This document shows positions 26,847 through 36,301 of a stretch of DNA of 64,000 nucleotides, piece by piece. The notes under the pieces were generated by a model, which saw only the letters and a program-made list of their open reading frames with translations, was not told the origin of the DNA and did not search any database. The stretch lies in the IMG/VR virus record IMGVR_UViG_3300022602_000040; one strand, 5' to 3'. Numbering within the stretch: position 1 is the first letter of the stretch; the number at the start of each line of letters is the position of its first letter. A program made the translations under genes and the position numbers. The stretch is from an uncultured virus (IMG/VR IMGVR_UViG_3300022602_000040). Taxonomy: Duplodnaviria; Heunggongvirae; Uroviricota; Caudoviricetes.

Positions 26847-27787
26847 TACACGTATTCCAGTTCGATCATCATTTCGGTGAGACAAGCCATCAGGTTGATT
26901 TCAGGGTCTGCGGCGAATGCACTCTGATACTGGTATTTAGCGAGAATGATGACAAGATGTGGGATGGATCCCTTAGCAACAGTGTCATTAGACATATCAT
27001 ACAACTTACGGAAGAACGTAGCCGAATCGTTGTCGAGGTTCTCTCCAACCCAGCGACGAGTTGAGGTGAAGTCTTTGTCTTTGAGGAATCCGATCAAGTT
27101 CTTGATGGACTCTTCAGACAGATTAGTCAGGATACCAGAATCGATAGGTCCACTCGTTGCATAACGCTGCAACTCGTTGATCACACGACGCCAGTCTGGC
27201 AGATACTTCTTCATCACCTCCGCAACAGCAGCCTTGTCGTACTCAACGTTTTCCTTGTCGAGAATATCTACGACACGCTTCATCATTTGACTAGCAAGAC
27301 CTGGAAGATCCTTCTTCGAGATCTTGAAGTCGATGTTGACGCAACGTGACTTAGACAAAGGCTCGATGATTCGATTAGCGAAGTTACACGTGAGGATGAA
27401 ACCACAGTTCTTCGAGTACTGCTCCATGAAGTTACGAAGAGCAGGTTGAGTTGACTGGGCATTCAGATAGTCGGCCTCATCGAGGATGACATACTTGCGA
27501 CCACCAGCGAATGAGACAGTCGAAGCGAATCGAGTGATCTCATTGCGCAAGGTGTCGATGTTACCATTCAACGATCCGTTGATGAGAAGATAATCGCATC
27601 CAAGTTCCTCGAGCATTGCTCGAGCAACAGTGGTCTTGCCAGTACCAGCAGGACCAGAAAGCAGAAGATTTGGAATGTTACCTTGATCAACGAACTGTTG
27701 AAATGTATGCTTGAGTTCACTTGGAAGAACAGTGTCGCTCACCGTCTTGGGACGATACTTCTCGACCCAGAGATATTCTTCTAACAT
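26846..27787 (-). CDS. gp44: clamp loader AAA+ subunit
   Basis: LWVEKYRP, GPAGTGKT, ILDEADY, SRC motifs. Confidence 0.97.
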   Translation of the reverse strand: MLEEYLWVEKYRPKTVSDTVLPSELKHTFQQFVDQGNIPNLLLSGPAGTGKTTVARAMLEELGCDYLLINGSLNGNIDTLRNEITRFASTVSFAGGRKYVILDEADYLNAQSTQPALRNFMEQYSKNCGFILTCNFANRIIEPLSKSRCVNIDFKISKKDLPGLASQMMKRVVDILDKENVEYDKAAVAEVMKKYLPDWRRVINELQRYATSGPIDSGILTNLSEESIKNLIGFLKDKDFTSTRRWVGENLDNDSATFFRKLYDMSNDTVAKGSIPHLVIILAKYQYQSAFAADPEINLMACLTEMMIELEYV

Positions 27788-27801
27788 AATGTATCCTTAA
27801 A

Positions 27802-28458
27802 TTACGAGGTGTACGACGAGTTAGGATCCAATGCGATCCAGTAATCAACATCTGTGCCCTTGAAGTTCGAGATACCCTTGAACGTCAGAGACACACTATA
27901 ATCACCAGGGATTAGTTTAAGGTTTTCTGCACTAATAATCAACATGAAAGTCTTATCGGTCGAACCAACTTCAACCGAATACGAGTTAGCTGTCTTGTTT
28001 CGTGGATCGTAGGTCTCGAGAAACATGGTGGCACCGTCACCACGAACAGCGATGCATTCGACACCGACAACAGCAATAGCCTTCATCAGACGAGCTAGCA
28101 TATCCTGCTTGAGCTCGAATGTGACATCTGCCTTGAACGTGGGTGTCTTTTCTGATGGCAAAGCAACCATGTCAGGTGAGCTGTACACATACTTCATCTT
28201 AGAACCACCTTCGCTGATCTCAAGCCAGTGTTCGGTGTTCTGTAGCTCCGGATTCTCGAACATCGACAGAGCCCCCAAGAAGTCGGGGAGCTCTGCGATA
28301 GCGAAGTCGGAGGGAATGGTAGTATCGATCGTGGCATGAGCTAGGATCGATTTCGATGACGCCATGGTAACCAGCTTGTTACCTTCGCGAAACATCATGG
28401 ACTGCTCAATCGTAGAGAAATTACGAAGAAGCTGGATTGTCCGTTGGCTGAATTTCAT
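27802..28458 (-). CDS. gp45: sliding clamp
   Basis: MKFS..TI.LLRNFSTI..S, ENLKLIPGDY, YWIA; synteny. Confidence 0.92.
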   Translation of the reverse strand: MKFSQRTIQLLRNFSTIEQSMMFREGNKLVTMASSKSILAHATIDTTIPSDFAIAELPDFLGALSMFENPELQNTEHWLEISEGGSKMKYVYSSPDMVALPSEKTPTFKADVTFELKQDMLARLMKAIAVVGVECIAVRGDGATMFLETYDPRNKTANSYSVEVGSTDKTFMLIISAENLKLIPGDYSVSLTFKGISNFKGTDVDYWIALDPNSSYTS

Positions 28459-29038
28459 TCTCGTCTCCATTATCAAAAATTTCACTGTTGCTCATATGAG
28501 CCAACACCGTACCCTTAGGCTGGATGTTGTGACTGAACTGATGAACAGCCCAGTCGTACCAAATTTCACGACCGACGTAGTCGTGAATAATCACGTGGAC
28601 TCCTTCCTTGGTCTTATTGCACAGGAACGAAGCGGTTGGGCCTCGAGCGATGCCGTCTACCAAGAATACATCACCCTGCGAGATAATGTCAACGTCTGGG
28701 CAGATATATTCTTCGAGTCCAGCAGGGCTTTCCTCTTCATAGCGAGCATAGTAAGTGTTAGGAACTTGAGGCGGAACAAACAAGAAGATGTGACGATCAA
28801 TGTTAGGATGATCTTTGATCAAGTCAGCAATCTTGGTATACCATGCTTCGTTGTGTTCAATCGAGACTAGATACTGTCCATCCTTTAGGTGGTCGAGGAA
28901 GTATATGGTCGAACCACCACAACCCCACTCGACCAACGTACCGTTTTCAGGAACGAGGCCAGCGATATACACTGGCTCTCTAGGTTCCATCAACATCTCA
29001 ATATCACCACAGTACAAGGACTGATATGTGATAGCCAT
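28421..29038 (-). CDS. class I SAM-dependent methyltransferase-like protein
   Basis: LVEWGCGGST, VSIEH, FLVDG.AR, IIHD motifs. Confidence 0.75.
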   Translation of the reverse strand: MAITYQSLYCGDIEMLMEPREPVYIAGLVPENGTLVEWGCGGSTIYFLDHLKDGQYLVSIEHNEAWYTKIADLIKDHPNIDRHIFLFVPPQVPNTYYARYEEESPAGLEEYICPDVDIISQGDVFLVDGIARGPTASFLCNKTKEGVHVIIHDYVGREIWYDWAVHQFSHNIQPKGTVLAHMSNSEIFDNGDENEIQPTDNPASS

Positions 29039-29043
29039 TACGA

Positions 29044-30096
29044 TTATGCCTTTCTCTTGAGCTTCTGAAGCTGCGACTTGTTAATTGCAGATGGTTTCAA
29101 TACAGCAGGAGCAGAGATCGCCTTAGGACCCTTCTTCAACTGACCAACGTCGGCCGTCGCAGAAGCACCAATCGAAGCCAAGTCAGCAAGCGAACCACCA
29201 AACACATACATGCCGACGTGCTGTAGCTGAATCCATGGACAGAACCAAACCTTCATACCAGCGTTACGAACCCATTGACAGAACATATAGTCTTCCGACA
29301 GATAACGCTTCGAGTAGTCACGGAAGGCGCTGTTGTTAGGGTCGACGACGAAGTTTAGAATCTCTTCGTGTGTTGCCTTAGGATTGTTCTGCAAGAAGAC
29401 CTGCAGCTCTTGATTCATATTCGTGCGCTTGCCGTCGATAGGTGTGTCAAAGAAGGCAAAGATTTCACGAGTACCATCAAAATGCTCGGTACGAACGTGG
29501 TCAGGACGATACGACTGATGAGGATATGCCGCCTGGAACTTTTCGAATGTCTGACGACGAATCATCATGAATCCAGTACCAGCTTCTAGCACTTCAACCG
29601 GTTCACCGAGAGGAATGTTGCCATTACCTTGAGCTGGGTTGAACACATAGTCACCAACAAACTTCTCTAGGATGTTTGGATCTTCGTCTGCAACACCCTT
29701 GTCAACAGCCATCTTGATCTTTTCCCAAGAGATGCACTTCTTAGGATATGGACCAGCGATGATGTCGTACTGGTCTTCGTCATCCTTTTCAGACTGCAGA
29801 GCCATTAGAGCAATGACGTCGTTAGCATTAAAGCCGATGTCTGAGTCGATGAACATCAAGTGTGTGTCACCTGAACGAAGGAATTCATCTGCGCAATAGT
29901 TACGAGCACGAGTGATTAGCGATTCGTTAAACAGGAAGTAGAAACGGACCTGAATACCGTAGTGGGTGCAAAGAGCAGATAGATCTGCAACCGAGCGAGC
30001 GAACATACCTGCGCACTGGCCACCGTACATAGGGGCCGCAACAAACAGTCTGCGCTCACGTAGCTTTTCAATAGGGACCTTAATTTCAATACCCAT
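29044..30096 (-). CDS. GT-A fold glycosyltransferase-like protein
   Basis: ESLITRARN, LMFIDSD (DxD), GTGFMMI, YLSEDYMFC, HVG motifs. Confidence 0.8.
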   Translation of the reverse strand: MGIEIKVPIEKLRERRLFVAAPMYGGQCAGMFARSVADLSALCTHYGIQVRFYFLFNESLITRARNYCADEFLRSGDTHLMFIDSDIGFNANDVIALMALQSEKDDEDQYDIIAGPYPKKCISWEKIKMAVDKGVADEDPNILEKFVGDYVFNPAQGNGNIPLGEPVEVLEAGTGFMMIRRQTFEKFQAAYPHQSYRPDHVRTEHFDGTREIFAFFDTPIDGKRTNMNQELQVFLQNNPKATHEEILNFVVDPNNSAFRDYSKRYLSEDYMFCQWVRNAGMKVWFCPWIQLQHVGMYVFGGSLADLASIGASATADVGQLKKGPKAISAPAVLKPSAINKSQLQKLKRKA

Positions 30097-30098
30097 AA

Positions 30099-30737
30099 TT
30101 ATTCCTTGTTCTTAGGTGGGCGGCCACGGCCGCGCTTTGGTGGTTGTTCTACAGCTTCCGTAAGTGGAGCTGGTGGTGTGTAGCTAGCTTGGACGTTGAA
30201 TAGTCCTGCAACAGGAGCATCAGTAAGTGCTGCTGGATTGGTGGCACCGTACTTGGCATCGTGATCCTTACCGATGCCATATGAGCCATCATAGTGGTGT
30301 AGAGCTTCTGCATTGAACGATAGATACTGGCCGATGCGAGTACCTGGTTTGATACGCATAGGACCACACGTGACATGCATGACGCCAGCCATTACACCGT
30401 GATAGCCTGTGTCGTATAGCCCAGATGTAAGAAAAACGCCATTACGATTGAGTGTCGAACGAGTGATTACCCACCCCGCTTCGCCGTCTCCAACGTGAAT
30501 GACGTTTTCCATTACAACTTCGTAGTGACCTTCCTTGAGCGTGTAGTAGCCACGATCGTCAGTCTTCAGTTCAACCGAGCCGCGATGTGTCTTCTCTTCT
30601 TCCGTGATTGTAAACGTGTCTGGTCTAATAAGGAAGACTTTACCAAGACGAAGATCAACTGCGTTCGGCTGTACATCCCCCTCCCGGACGTTTGTGAGGG
30701 AAGATGAAGACTGGGGCCCCATAATATGTTTCATCAT
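30099..30737 (-). CDS. dCTP deaminase/dUTPase family protein with C-terminal AT-hook
   Basis: QPNAVDLRL, RSTLNRNG, LYDTGYHG, RIGQ, YDGSY; tail PKRGRGRPPK. Confidence 0.85.
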   Translation of the reverse strand: MMKHIMGPQSSSSLTNVREGDVQPNAVDLRLGKVFLIRPDTFTITEEEKTHRGSVELKTDDRGYYTLKEGHYEVVMENVIHVGDGEAGWVITRSTLNRNGVFLTSGLYDTGYHGVMAGVMHVTCGPMRIKPGTRIGQYLSFNAEALHHYDGSYGIGKDHDAKYGATNPAALTDAPVAGLFNVQASYTPPAPLTEAVEQPPKRGRGRPPKNKE

Positions 30738-31030
30738 TTTACCTTTTTGCTAGGTTGCTCGATCTCCTCTTCAGCAGGTCGAGCATACATCATTAGAATA
30801 ATATAGTGGATTGCTTTGAGAAGATCTTTCTCGTTCCGCCCGCCCTTCTTGCCATATCGTGCAAGGTACTTGATAGCTGTATCGCGAGCGGTGGTTTCTA
30901 GGCTACCAAGTGATTCCCAGAAGTCTACTGTTTGGACTTCGCCATTACCGACGTAGTGCTGGCCGTAGGTGCCGTCGACGTATGCCTGGATCTTTGCGAG
31001 GCTTTCGTCTTCCTTGTATTTATACTCCAT
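30734..31030 (-). CDS. DUF3310 family (T7 gp1.7-like nucleotide kinase)
   Basis: QHY...AIKYLARYGKK...DLLKAIHY pattern. Confidence 0.75.
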   Translation of the reverse strand: MEYKYKEDESLAKIQAYVDGTYGQHYVGNGEVQTVDFWESLGSLETTARDTAIKYLARYGKKGGRNEKDLLKAIHYIILMMYARPAEEEIEQPSKKVK

Positions 31031-31064
31031 GATATAGTCCCTTCACGGTTTTTGTTTGTTGTGA

Positions 31065-31895
31065 TTAACGACACAGTGCGTCGATGTAACTCTTGTTGCT
31101 GTGAGCCATCTGAATCCTACTAAGATCTGTTGATTCGTAGTTAAAGTCAACCTCTTCCTCGAACTTACCATTGACAAGACCAGTCGGTGTATTGTCGAAC
31201 CGAATACCGTTCAAACCAGCCCATACTGCTGCACTCGAATCCCAAGTATCAATACGATAGTTCTTGCAGAGAGTAATTTCATTAGGACCATCAACCATTC
31301 CGAGGAAATGGATCTTCTTCTTGTTGATCTGGGCTAGCTTGAGCAAACCCCGAATCTCAAGTTCGCGCATCATCTTCCAACGAGACATGAAGCGCTGCAG
31401 CTTATTGTCTCGCTCGACACCATATGCATTAGGAACACCGAGAATGGAAATACCGATGTAATCAACGAGAGGTGAAGATGCTGCCCAAGCGAATGCTGTG
31501 ATGTAGTCCTCAAGATCGTTGATGCGTGATTGCGGTACGAAGAATGTACCGAATCCGTTGTCTATGAACTTAGGCGCCAATTCGATAGCCGCTTCGATCG
31601 TCTTAGACGAATGTTCGTTGGGATAGTCAGACATCACGATGTAGTCGGCTCTGACACGTGTGCCCATTTCAATCAGTTGGTCGGACGGATACATCTCACG
31701 TCCCTGCTTGTACATCTCAAACGCTGAGTTGTCTAGAATATAAACATAACCAGGATACACGATCTTCTTATGGCGATACCAATCTGCATAGGTATCGTCG
31801 GTTTCCACAAGGTGAGCAAGCAGCAGATGGTGAGTCTGCTGCTTGCAAAAGTCGTTAAGATGTTTAGTGGGAGAGATATGGCAAAAGTTAGTCAT
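31065..31895 (-). CDS. DpdA/TGT-like guanine transglycosylase (TIM barrel)
   Basis: ILDNSAFE, SD, VPQ, IHFLG, DTWDSS motifs as in TGT/DpdA; intact 276-aa ORF in the left copy; sits in 7-deazaguanine cluster. Confidence 0.7.
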   Translation of the reverse strand: MTNFCHISPTKHLNDFCKQQTHHLLLAHLVETDDTYADWYRHKKIVYPGYVYILDNSAFEMYKQGREMYPSDQLIEMGTRVRADYIVMSDYPNEHSSKTIEAAIELAPKFIDNGFGTFFVPQSRINDLEDYITAFAWAASSPLVDYIGISILGVPNAYGVERDNKLQRFMSRWKMMRELEIRGLLKLAQINKKKIHFLGMVDGPNEITLCKNYRIDTWDSSAAVWAGLNGIRFDNTPTGLVNGKFEEEVDFNYESTDLSRIQMAHSNKSYIDALCR

Positions 31896-31899
31896 AAGG

Positions 31900-31999
31900 N
31901 NNNNNNNNNNNNNNNNNNNNNNNNNNNNNNNNNNNNNNNNNNNNNNNNNNNNNNNNNNNNNNNNNNNNNNNNNNNNNNNNNNNNNNNNNNNNNNNNNNN
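31900..31999. other. assembly gap (100 N) with 127-nt flanking duplication
   Basis: 31773-31899 repeated at 32000-32126. Confidence 0.9.
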
Positions 32000-32160
32000 G
32001 CGATACCAATCTGCATAGGTATCGTCGGTTTCCACAAGGTGAGCAAGCAGCAGATGGTGAGTCTGCTGCTTGCAAAAGTCGTTAAGATGTTTAGTGGGAG
32101 AGATATGGCAAAAGTTAGTCATAAGGTAAATCTCAATTCATTACAAAGGGTTGGAACAGA

Positions 32161-32454
32161 TTACTTGGAGTGAATCTTAACCTTATACCCCATATCCTTC
32201 AAGTCGTCAACGTGCGTATCGCTAAGTTTTTCGCCAGTCTTTAGCTGATCTGGTTCAATACCCGAGCTAGGATGAATCTTGTGAACGACGTAGTGTGTAC
32301 CGTTTTCATGTGGCTTTAGCTCGATATCTGCAGCTTCTTCAAGATGTTCTGCTTCTTCGTTCATGCATGTGCAGGGATTGTGTCCGCAGTCAGGACATAC
32401 ATCCTTCTTTGCAACCTTCTTTGCTTCCTCAAGAAATTGACCAAGTGTTTTCAT
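32161..32454 (-). CDS. putative internal head protein (CTS-like N-terminus, Cys cluster)
   Basis: MKTLGQFLEEA; CPDCGHNPCTC; internal HLEEA. Confidence 0.6.
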   Translation of the reverse strand: MKTLGQFLEEAKKVAKKDVCPDCGHNPCTCMNEEAEHLEEAADIELKPHENGTHYVVHKIHPSSGIEPDQLKTGEKLSDTHVDDLKDMGYKVKIHSK

Positions 32455-32476
32455 TTTAGTTTCCTTTGACTAACTA

Positions 32477-33649
32477 TCAGTGATAATTTTTCTTAGCTGC
32501 AGCGCTCTTAGGAGCGACAGCCTTGGCGTAGTGGCGGTGAAGTTCGTGCTCAGACGACTTATGATTACCGATGTCTACATCCCACAAATCCGTACCACGC
32601 GAATAGCTAGCGTTTGGTTTGTAATGTGTGCTTAGATGTTTCCAATGATGGTTGATCGTGTCGGCGTCTGGATTTTCTTTAGCCTCTTCAGCAGAAAGAC
32701 CTTTAACGTGGTGCTTGAAATGCTCGAAAGAACCAGGTGCAAGTGTCTCTGCAGCTTCATCCAAAGTATCTTGCCTCTTTTCGAGCTCTTTGTGATATAC
32801 ATCATGCATATCCTTTGCCATACGCTTCTCTGTATCAGTGAAAGAGTTACGCAAATTTTGCTTTTCTCGCGACTTTGCTTTGCGTAGTTCTGGTACGGTC
32901 ATTCTATCGAGACGTTTTTGAAAAGAGGGGGATGCTTCTGACAAGCTGTTGTGGTGCTTTTTGATCTTAGCTAGCATTTCTTTCTTGGTATCCATGAGAC
33001 CAATACCGTACTTCTTGCTAGCGTCCGAGCCATCAGGATGTTCTGCCTGTGACAACCAACCACCAGCACGGCCTTTATATGTACGGATGGTTGCTACATG
33101 CTCGCCTTTGTGCATTACCTTATGTGTGCGGTCGCCACCAGTATCTTCATCTAGCTCTGTACCCGCATGTCTATGAGCAGCAGCTTTGAAGTCGTTACCA
33201 AAGTACTTAATGTGACCCCACTTGTCTGATGCCTTCCAGCCAGACTGCTTTGTGCTGCCTTTTTCGATATGTGGCTTTACGTAAGCCTTACCAGCTTCAC
33301 GAGCTTCTTCAAGATACGGATTCTCAATGTCAGAGATGTGATGCTTCATCACCTTACCGTTGTCGTGTTGAATAGTAAAGTGCTCGCCACCGTTGTGGAT
33401 GGCGTGCACAGTACCGTATCCTTTATGATCACCACGAACGATCTTTACGTTCTGTCCTGGTTTAAGACTGAATTCCCAGTTATTGAAGCCTTCGTATACA
33501 GGTCCACCTGCACCTTGGTCACTCGAATCGTCCTGAGCTGGAATTTCGGGAGCTGGGTTGTTGAGCTTGTTAGGCTTCTTGGCATTGCCTACCAACTTCA
33601 CACCACTAAGAGCTTGTGCCTCTTCGAGGAATTGACTAAGTAGCTTCAT
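32477..33649 (-). CDS. putative multi-module internal head protein
   Basis: MKLLSQFLEEA; modules separated by YLEEA, ELDED, SLSEA, TLDEA. Confidence 0.6.
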   Translation of the reverse strand: MKLLSQFLEEAQALSGVKLVGNAKKPNKLNNPAPEIPAQDDSSDQGAGGPVYEGFNNWEFSLKPGQNVKIVRGDHKGYGTVHAIHNGGEHFTIQHDNGKVMKHHISDIENPYLEEAREAGKAYVKPHIEKGSTKQSGWKASDKWGHIKYFGNDFKAAAHRHAGTELDEDTGGDRTHKVMHKGEHVATIRTYKGRAGGWLSQAEHPDGSDASKKYGIGLMDTKKEMLAKIKKHHNSLSEASPSFQKRLDRMTVPELRKAKSREKQNLRNSFTDTEKRMAKDMHDVYHKELEKRQDTLDEAAETLAPGSFEHFKHHVKGLSAEEAKENPDADTINHHWKHLSTHYKPNASYSRGTDLWDVDIGNHKSSEHELHRHYAKAVAPKSAAAKKNYH

Positions 33650-33661
33650 TAAGGACTCCTA

Positions 33662-34021
33662 TCAGTATTCGGCGTAACTCCCATTCTCATTGTCTTCTGA
33701 GACGGAGATTTTAAATTTGCGATCAGGATATTTATCTTTAATCAGAACGCTAAGATCGTCTGACATCATCTCACACGAACGATAGTCGAGCTTGAGAGTA
33801 CCAGTCTGATACAGTGACTCAAGCCAACGCTTAAACTGAATGAACTCGACGTCACGATTGTCATGCTTCACTTCGAGATGTACTTCAAACCAAAAAATAT
33901 GACGATGGTCGTATCCTAGAAACCTTACATCTTCGAGTTCGGGATTGGTGAGCGCTTCAGGGTAACGATGTATTCCTTCCTTGTTGAACCGACACCATAT
34001 ATACTTAATTTTAGATTCCAT
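33662..34021 (-). CDS. QueD-like (T-fold) protein, candidate CDG decarboxylase
   Basis: EGIHRY...HRHIF...RDVEFI..K...SCEM..D...VSEDNENG resembles the PTPS/QueD fold; second QueD-like gene in cluster. Confidence 0.65.
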   Translation of the reverse strand: MESKIKYIWCRFNKEGIHRYPEALTNPELEDVRFLGYDHRHIFWFEVHLEVKHDNRDVEFIQFKRWLESLYQTGTLKLDYRSCEMMSDDLSVLIKDKYPDRKFKISVSEDNENGSYAEY

Positions 34022-34673
34022 TTGTTTTCACCTTACAGTTATTGTTATGCCACCTAGCCATTTGACTAATGCTACCGACTTTACCACAGTGTGGACAAGT
34101 AGTGGTTGGTTGTGTTCTACCTTTAAGGGCTAGCGATCTCTTTTGGTTGCTCTCATGTGTAGGTTTTTTACCTCGCTGAGACTCCGATATTTTGAGCTTT
34201 GTCTCTTCCGAGTGCCTCTTACCCTGCATACCTGACACCATTGTACCGTTTTTTCGTTTTGTGTCAAGCATTTTTTGAGTGTGCTCTGAGGAATGAGTTT
34301 TACCTATATGAGCAGCAGATAAAGCCGCCCTATGAGATTCAGACTTAACTTTACCTTTGGGTGATGGAGGCCTTGCTGACTCGCATATGTTAGTCAAACA
34401 GCCCGATCCATCAACTCTTCTGCCGTATTTTTTAATCAACTTTTCTTCGAGATTGTATGCTTCCACCTCATTGAGATCTTTAGATACTATCTCAATTATG
34501 GGGGCCATTCCCTTTTCAATTATACTATTAAGTTTATAGTACTTCCACCTGTTAGACGTCGTGTCGAGAGTCTCTTTTAAGTGGTCAAGATGGCGCTGAT
34601 TAGCCCACTTACCCTTGCCTATGTAGAATGGTATATTGGTATCTGGGTCTTTATAGCAATAGACGTAATACAT
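34011..34673 (-). mobile_element. free-standing GIY-YIG endonuclease with NUMOD3 repeats
   Basis: YYVY...PFYIGKG...R, E..LI, LTN; GKRHSEETKLKISE repeats; own late promoter. Confidence 0.85.
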
Positions 34674-34701
34674 GAGATTTCCTCCTCTACGTCTATTTAT
34701 A
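34658..34701 (-). promoter_or_regulatory. late promoter TATAAATA with RBS/ATG-sequestering hairpin
   Basis: TATAAATA at 34694-34701; 10-bp inverted repeat 34658-34667/34688-34697 enclosing GAGGAGG and ATG. Confidence 0.8.
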
Positions 34702-34744
34702 AAAACTTACTTTTATAAACTGACCCAAATATATTTATTTGACA

Positions 34745-35260
34745 TTAGGTAATCCCATATTGTTGTTTAGCGGCTTTGGTGTTCAGTTTCGGTCGTTGTA
34801 TCAGAACAATACCAGCATATTCATACATCTTCTTCCAACAGTCAACACCGAACTTGAAGTTCTTTTGGAACTTACGAAGTCTTTGGTTCTCTTCGTTGGT
34901 AGTATGAGTGGTGATTAGGTTATCAAACCACACACTAAAGAACTCTTCGAACGACAGTTTGGTAGGTGAGTTAATGCAATACATTGCAATGTTTTTGTGA
35001 GTAACAGGATGCTCCAATGCAAGGCGCTCGTCTTTGCCAATTGGAAGACCCTTCTTATCTTTGATGATAGTCTGAAACGCCTTCTCGCTGATCAGACCAG
35101 TTGTGTTACCGTTAAAACCTGCTTCTCGAACAGATGATTCAATTTGACGGCGAGAGTGATTCTGTGCCCTCTTAGACAAACTACTCCATCTGTCATATAC
35201 ATTCGAGTATACGAGGTAAGCGATTTCGAAGTTGAACTTGAATTCTTCTGTGATAATCAT
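34745..35260 (-). CDS. hypothetical protein, possible His-Me finger nuclease
   Basis: LEHPV...TTNEENQRL pattern; own promoter and RBS-sequestering hairpin. Confidence 0.55.
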   Translation of the reverse strand: MIITEEFKFNFEIAYLVYSNVYDRWSSLSKRAQNHSRRQIESSVREAGFNGNTTGLISEKAFQTIIKDKKGLPIGKDERLALEHPVTHKNIAMYCINSPTKLSFEEFFSVWFDNLITTHTTNEENQRLRKFQKNFKFGVDCWKKMYEYAGIVLIQRPKLNTKAAKQQYGIT

Positions 35261-35269
35261 AACAAAAAA

Positions 35270-35321
35270 CCTTTCATTGCGCTTGCAGAATCACTATCCC
35301 ACAAAACGCAATGAAAGGCAA
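35270..35321 (-). promoter_or_regulatory. early promoter nested in 12-bp inverted repeat covering RBS
   Basis: TTGCCT-17-GATAGT; CCTTTCATTGCG (35270-35281)/CGCAATGAAAGG (35307-35318). Confidence 0.75.
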
Positions 35322-35332
35322 CGTTTTTCAGA

Positions 35333-36292
35333 TTAAGCTAGAGGGCCTGTCGTATCGAATTTAGACGTGACAGCGATAGCATTCCATGGATGCAGGCTTT
35401 CCTCATGTGAGACAGAGATCGAGAAATCTCGGATCAAGCCTTCATTGTACCAGACATCCAGCCCCTCGTACATCAGACGACACACGTCTTCAGAGAAGAA
35501 CAGGTTGGATCCATTCATCTCTGCAAACGCCTGCTCATCACGACGCTTAACCACGATCTGAACCTCGGTAGGAATCTGCTTGCGGCACAGCTCAACAAGG
35601 TCTTCGATCCAGACAATGTTCTCTGCATCGAACTGAACCTTGACCTTCATGATCGAACGCTGCGAGTGAGCATTGGCAGCAGCATGACGCTTCTCAGCGG
35701 CATCATGTGCAAGCTCGAATGAGCAAGGACAAGTCGACGAATACACATAGTCAACTGTCAGGAAGAACTTTGTCTCCCCATCACGATACTGACCTTCAAT
35801 CTCGGTCTTGTATGCAATGTGACCGCACAGCTTCTCATCTGTGCCATCCTTACGCGAGCGAAGAGCGTTCTGATGCCAAGGATACTTAAAACGGAGCTTG
35901 CAGTAAGCATTCTTTGAACCCTGCTTCTCTGCAAGCTCCTTCAACGCATCACGGATACCTTCAATCGAAAGCTGATCCTTGATCTTTTCATGCATCAACA
36001 GATACAAACGAGAAAGGTTAAGGCCCTTTGCATTTACATCGTCGAGCGAGCAGTAAAGAGATGCCTCTGCTTGAAGCACCTGCTCACCACCATCACGACG
36101 CTGAACAACAATCGGTAGATCCACTGGAGCGATGCCGACTTTACGAATCGGAACACGTGAACCAACCAATACTGGGTTGACCTGAGGATCCGGTAGGTCA
36201 TCGGTATAGAAATCTTCATCATACTGAAAGACTAGGTCGGGCATCTTGCTCGAGTAGTCGTTATATCCAATTGTCTTGCCTTGCTTTCTCAT
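35333..36292 (-). CDS. folE2: GTP cyclohydrolase IB
   Basis: LPDPQ, IRKVGI, KGLNLSR, YSSTCPCS, AHSQRS, VKRRDEQ, FSED..R, HEESLH motifs. Confidence 0.95.
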   Translation of the reverse strand: MRKQGKTIGYNDYSSKMPDLVFQYDEDFYTDDLPDPQVNPVLVGSRVPIRKVGIAPVDLPIVVQRRDGGEQVLQAEASLYCSLDDVNAKGLNLSRLYLLMHEKIKDQLSIEGIRDALKELAEKQGSKNAYCKLRFKYPWHQNALRSRKDGTDEKLCGHIAYKTEIEGQYRDGETKFFLTVDYVYSSTCPCSFELAHDAAEKRHAAANAHSQRSIMKVKVQFDAENIVWIEDLVELCRKQIPTEVQIVVKRRDEQAFAEMNGSNLFFSEDVCRLMYEGLDVWYNEGLIRDFSISVSHEESLHPWNAIAVTSKFDTTGPLA

Positions 36293-36301
36293 TATGCTTC
36301 C

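Noticed and set aside
31892..32122. Apparent second or split copy of the DpdA-like gene
   Set aside because: Artefact of the gap duplication; the complete ORF is 31065..31895
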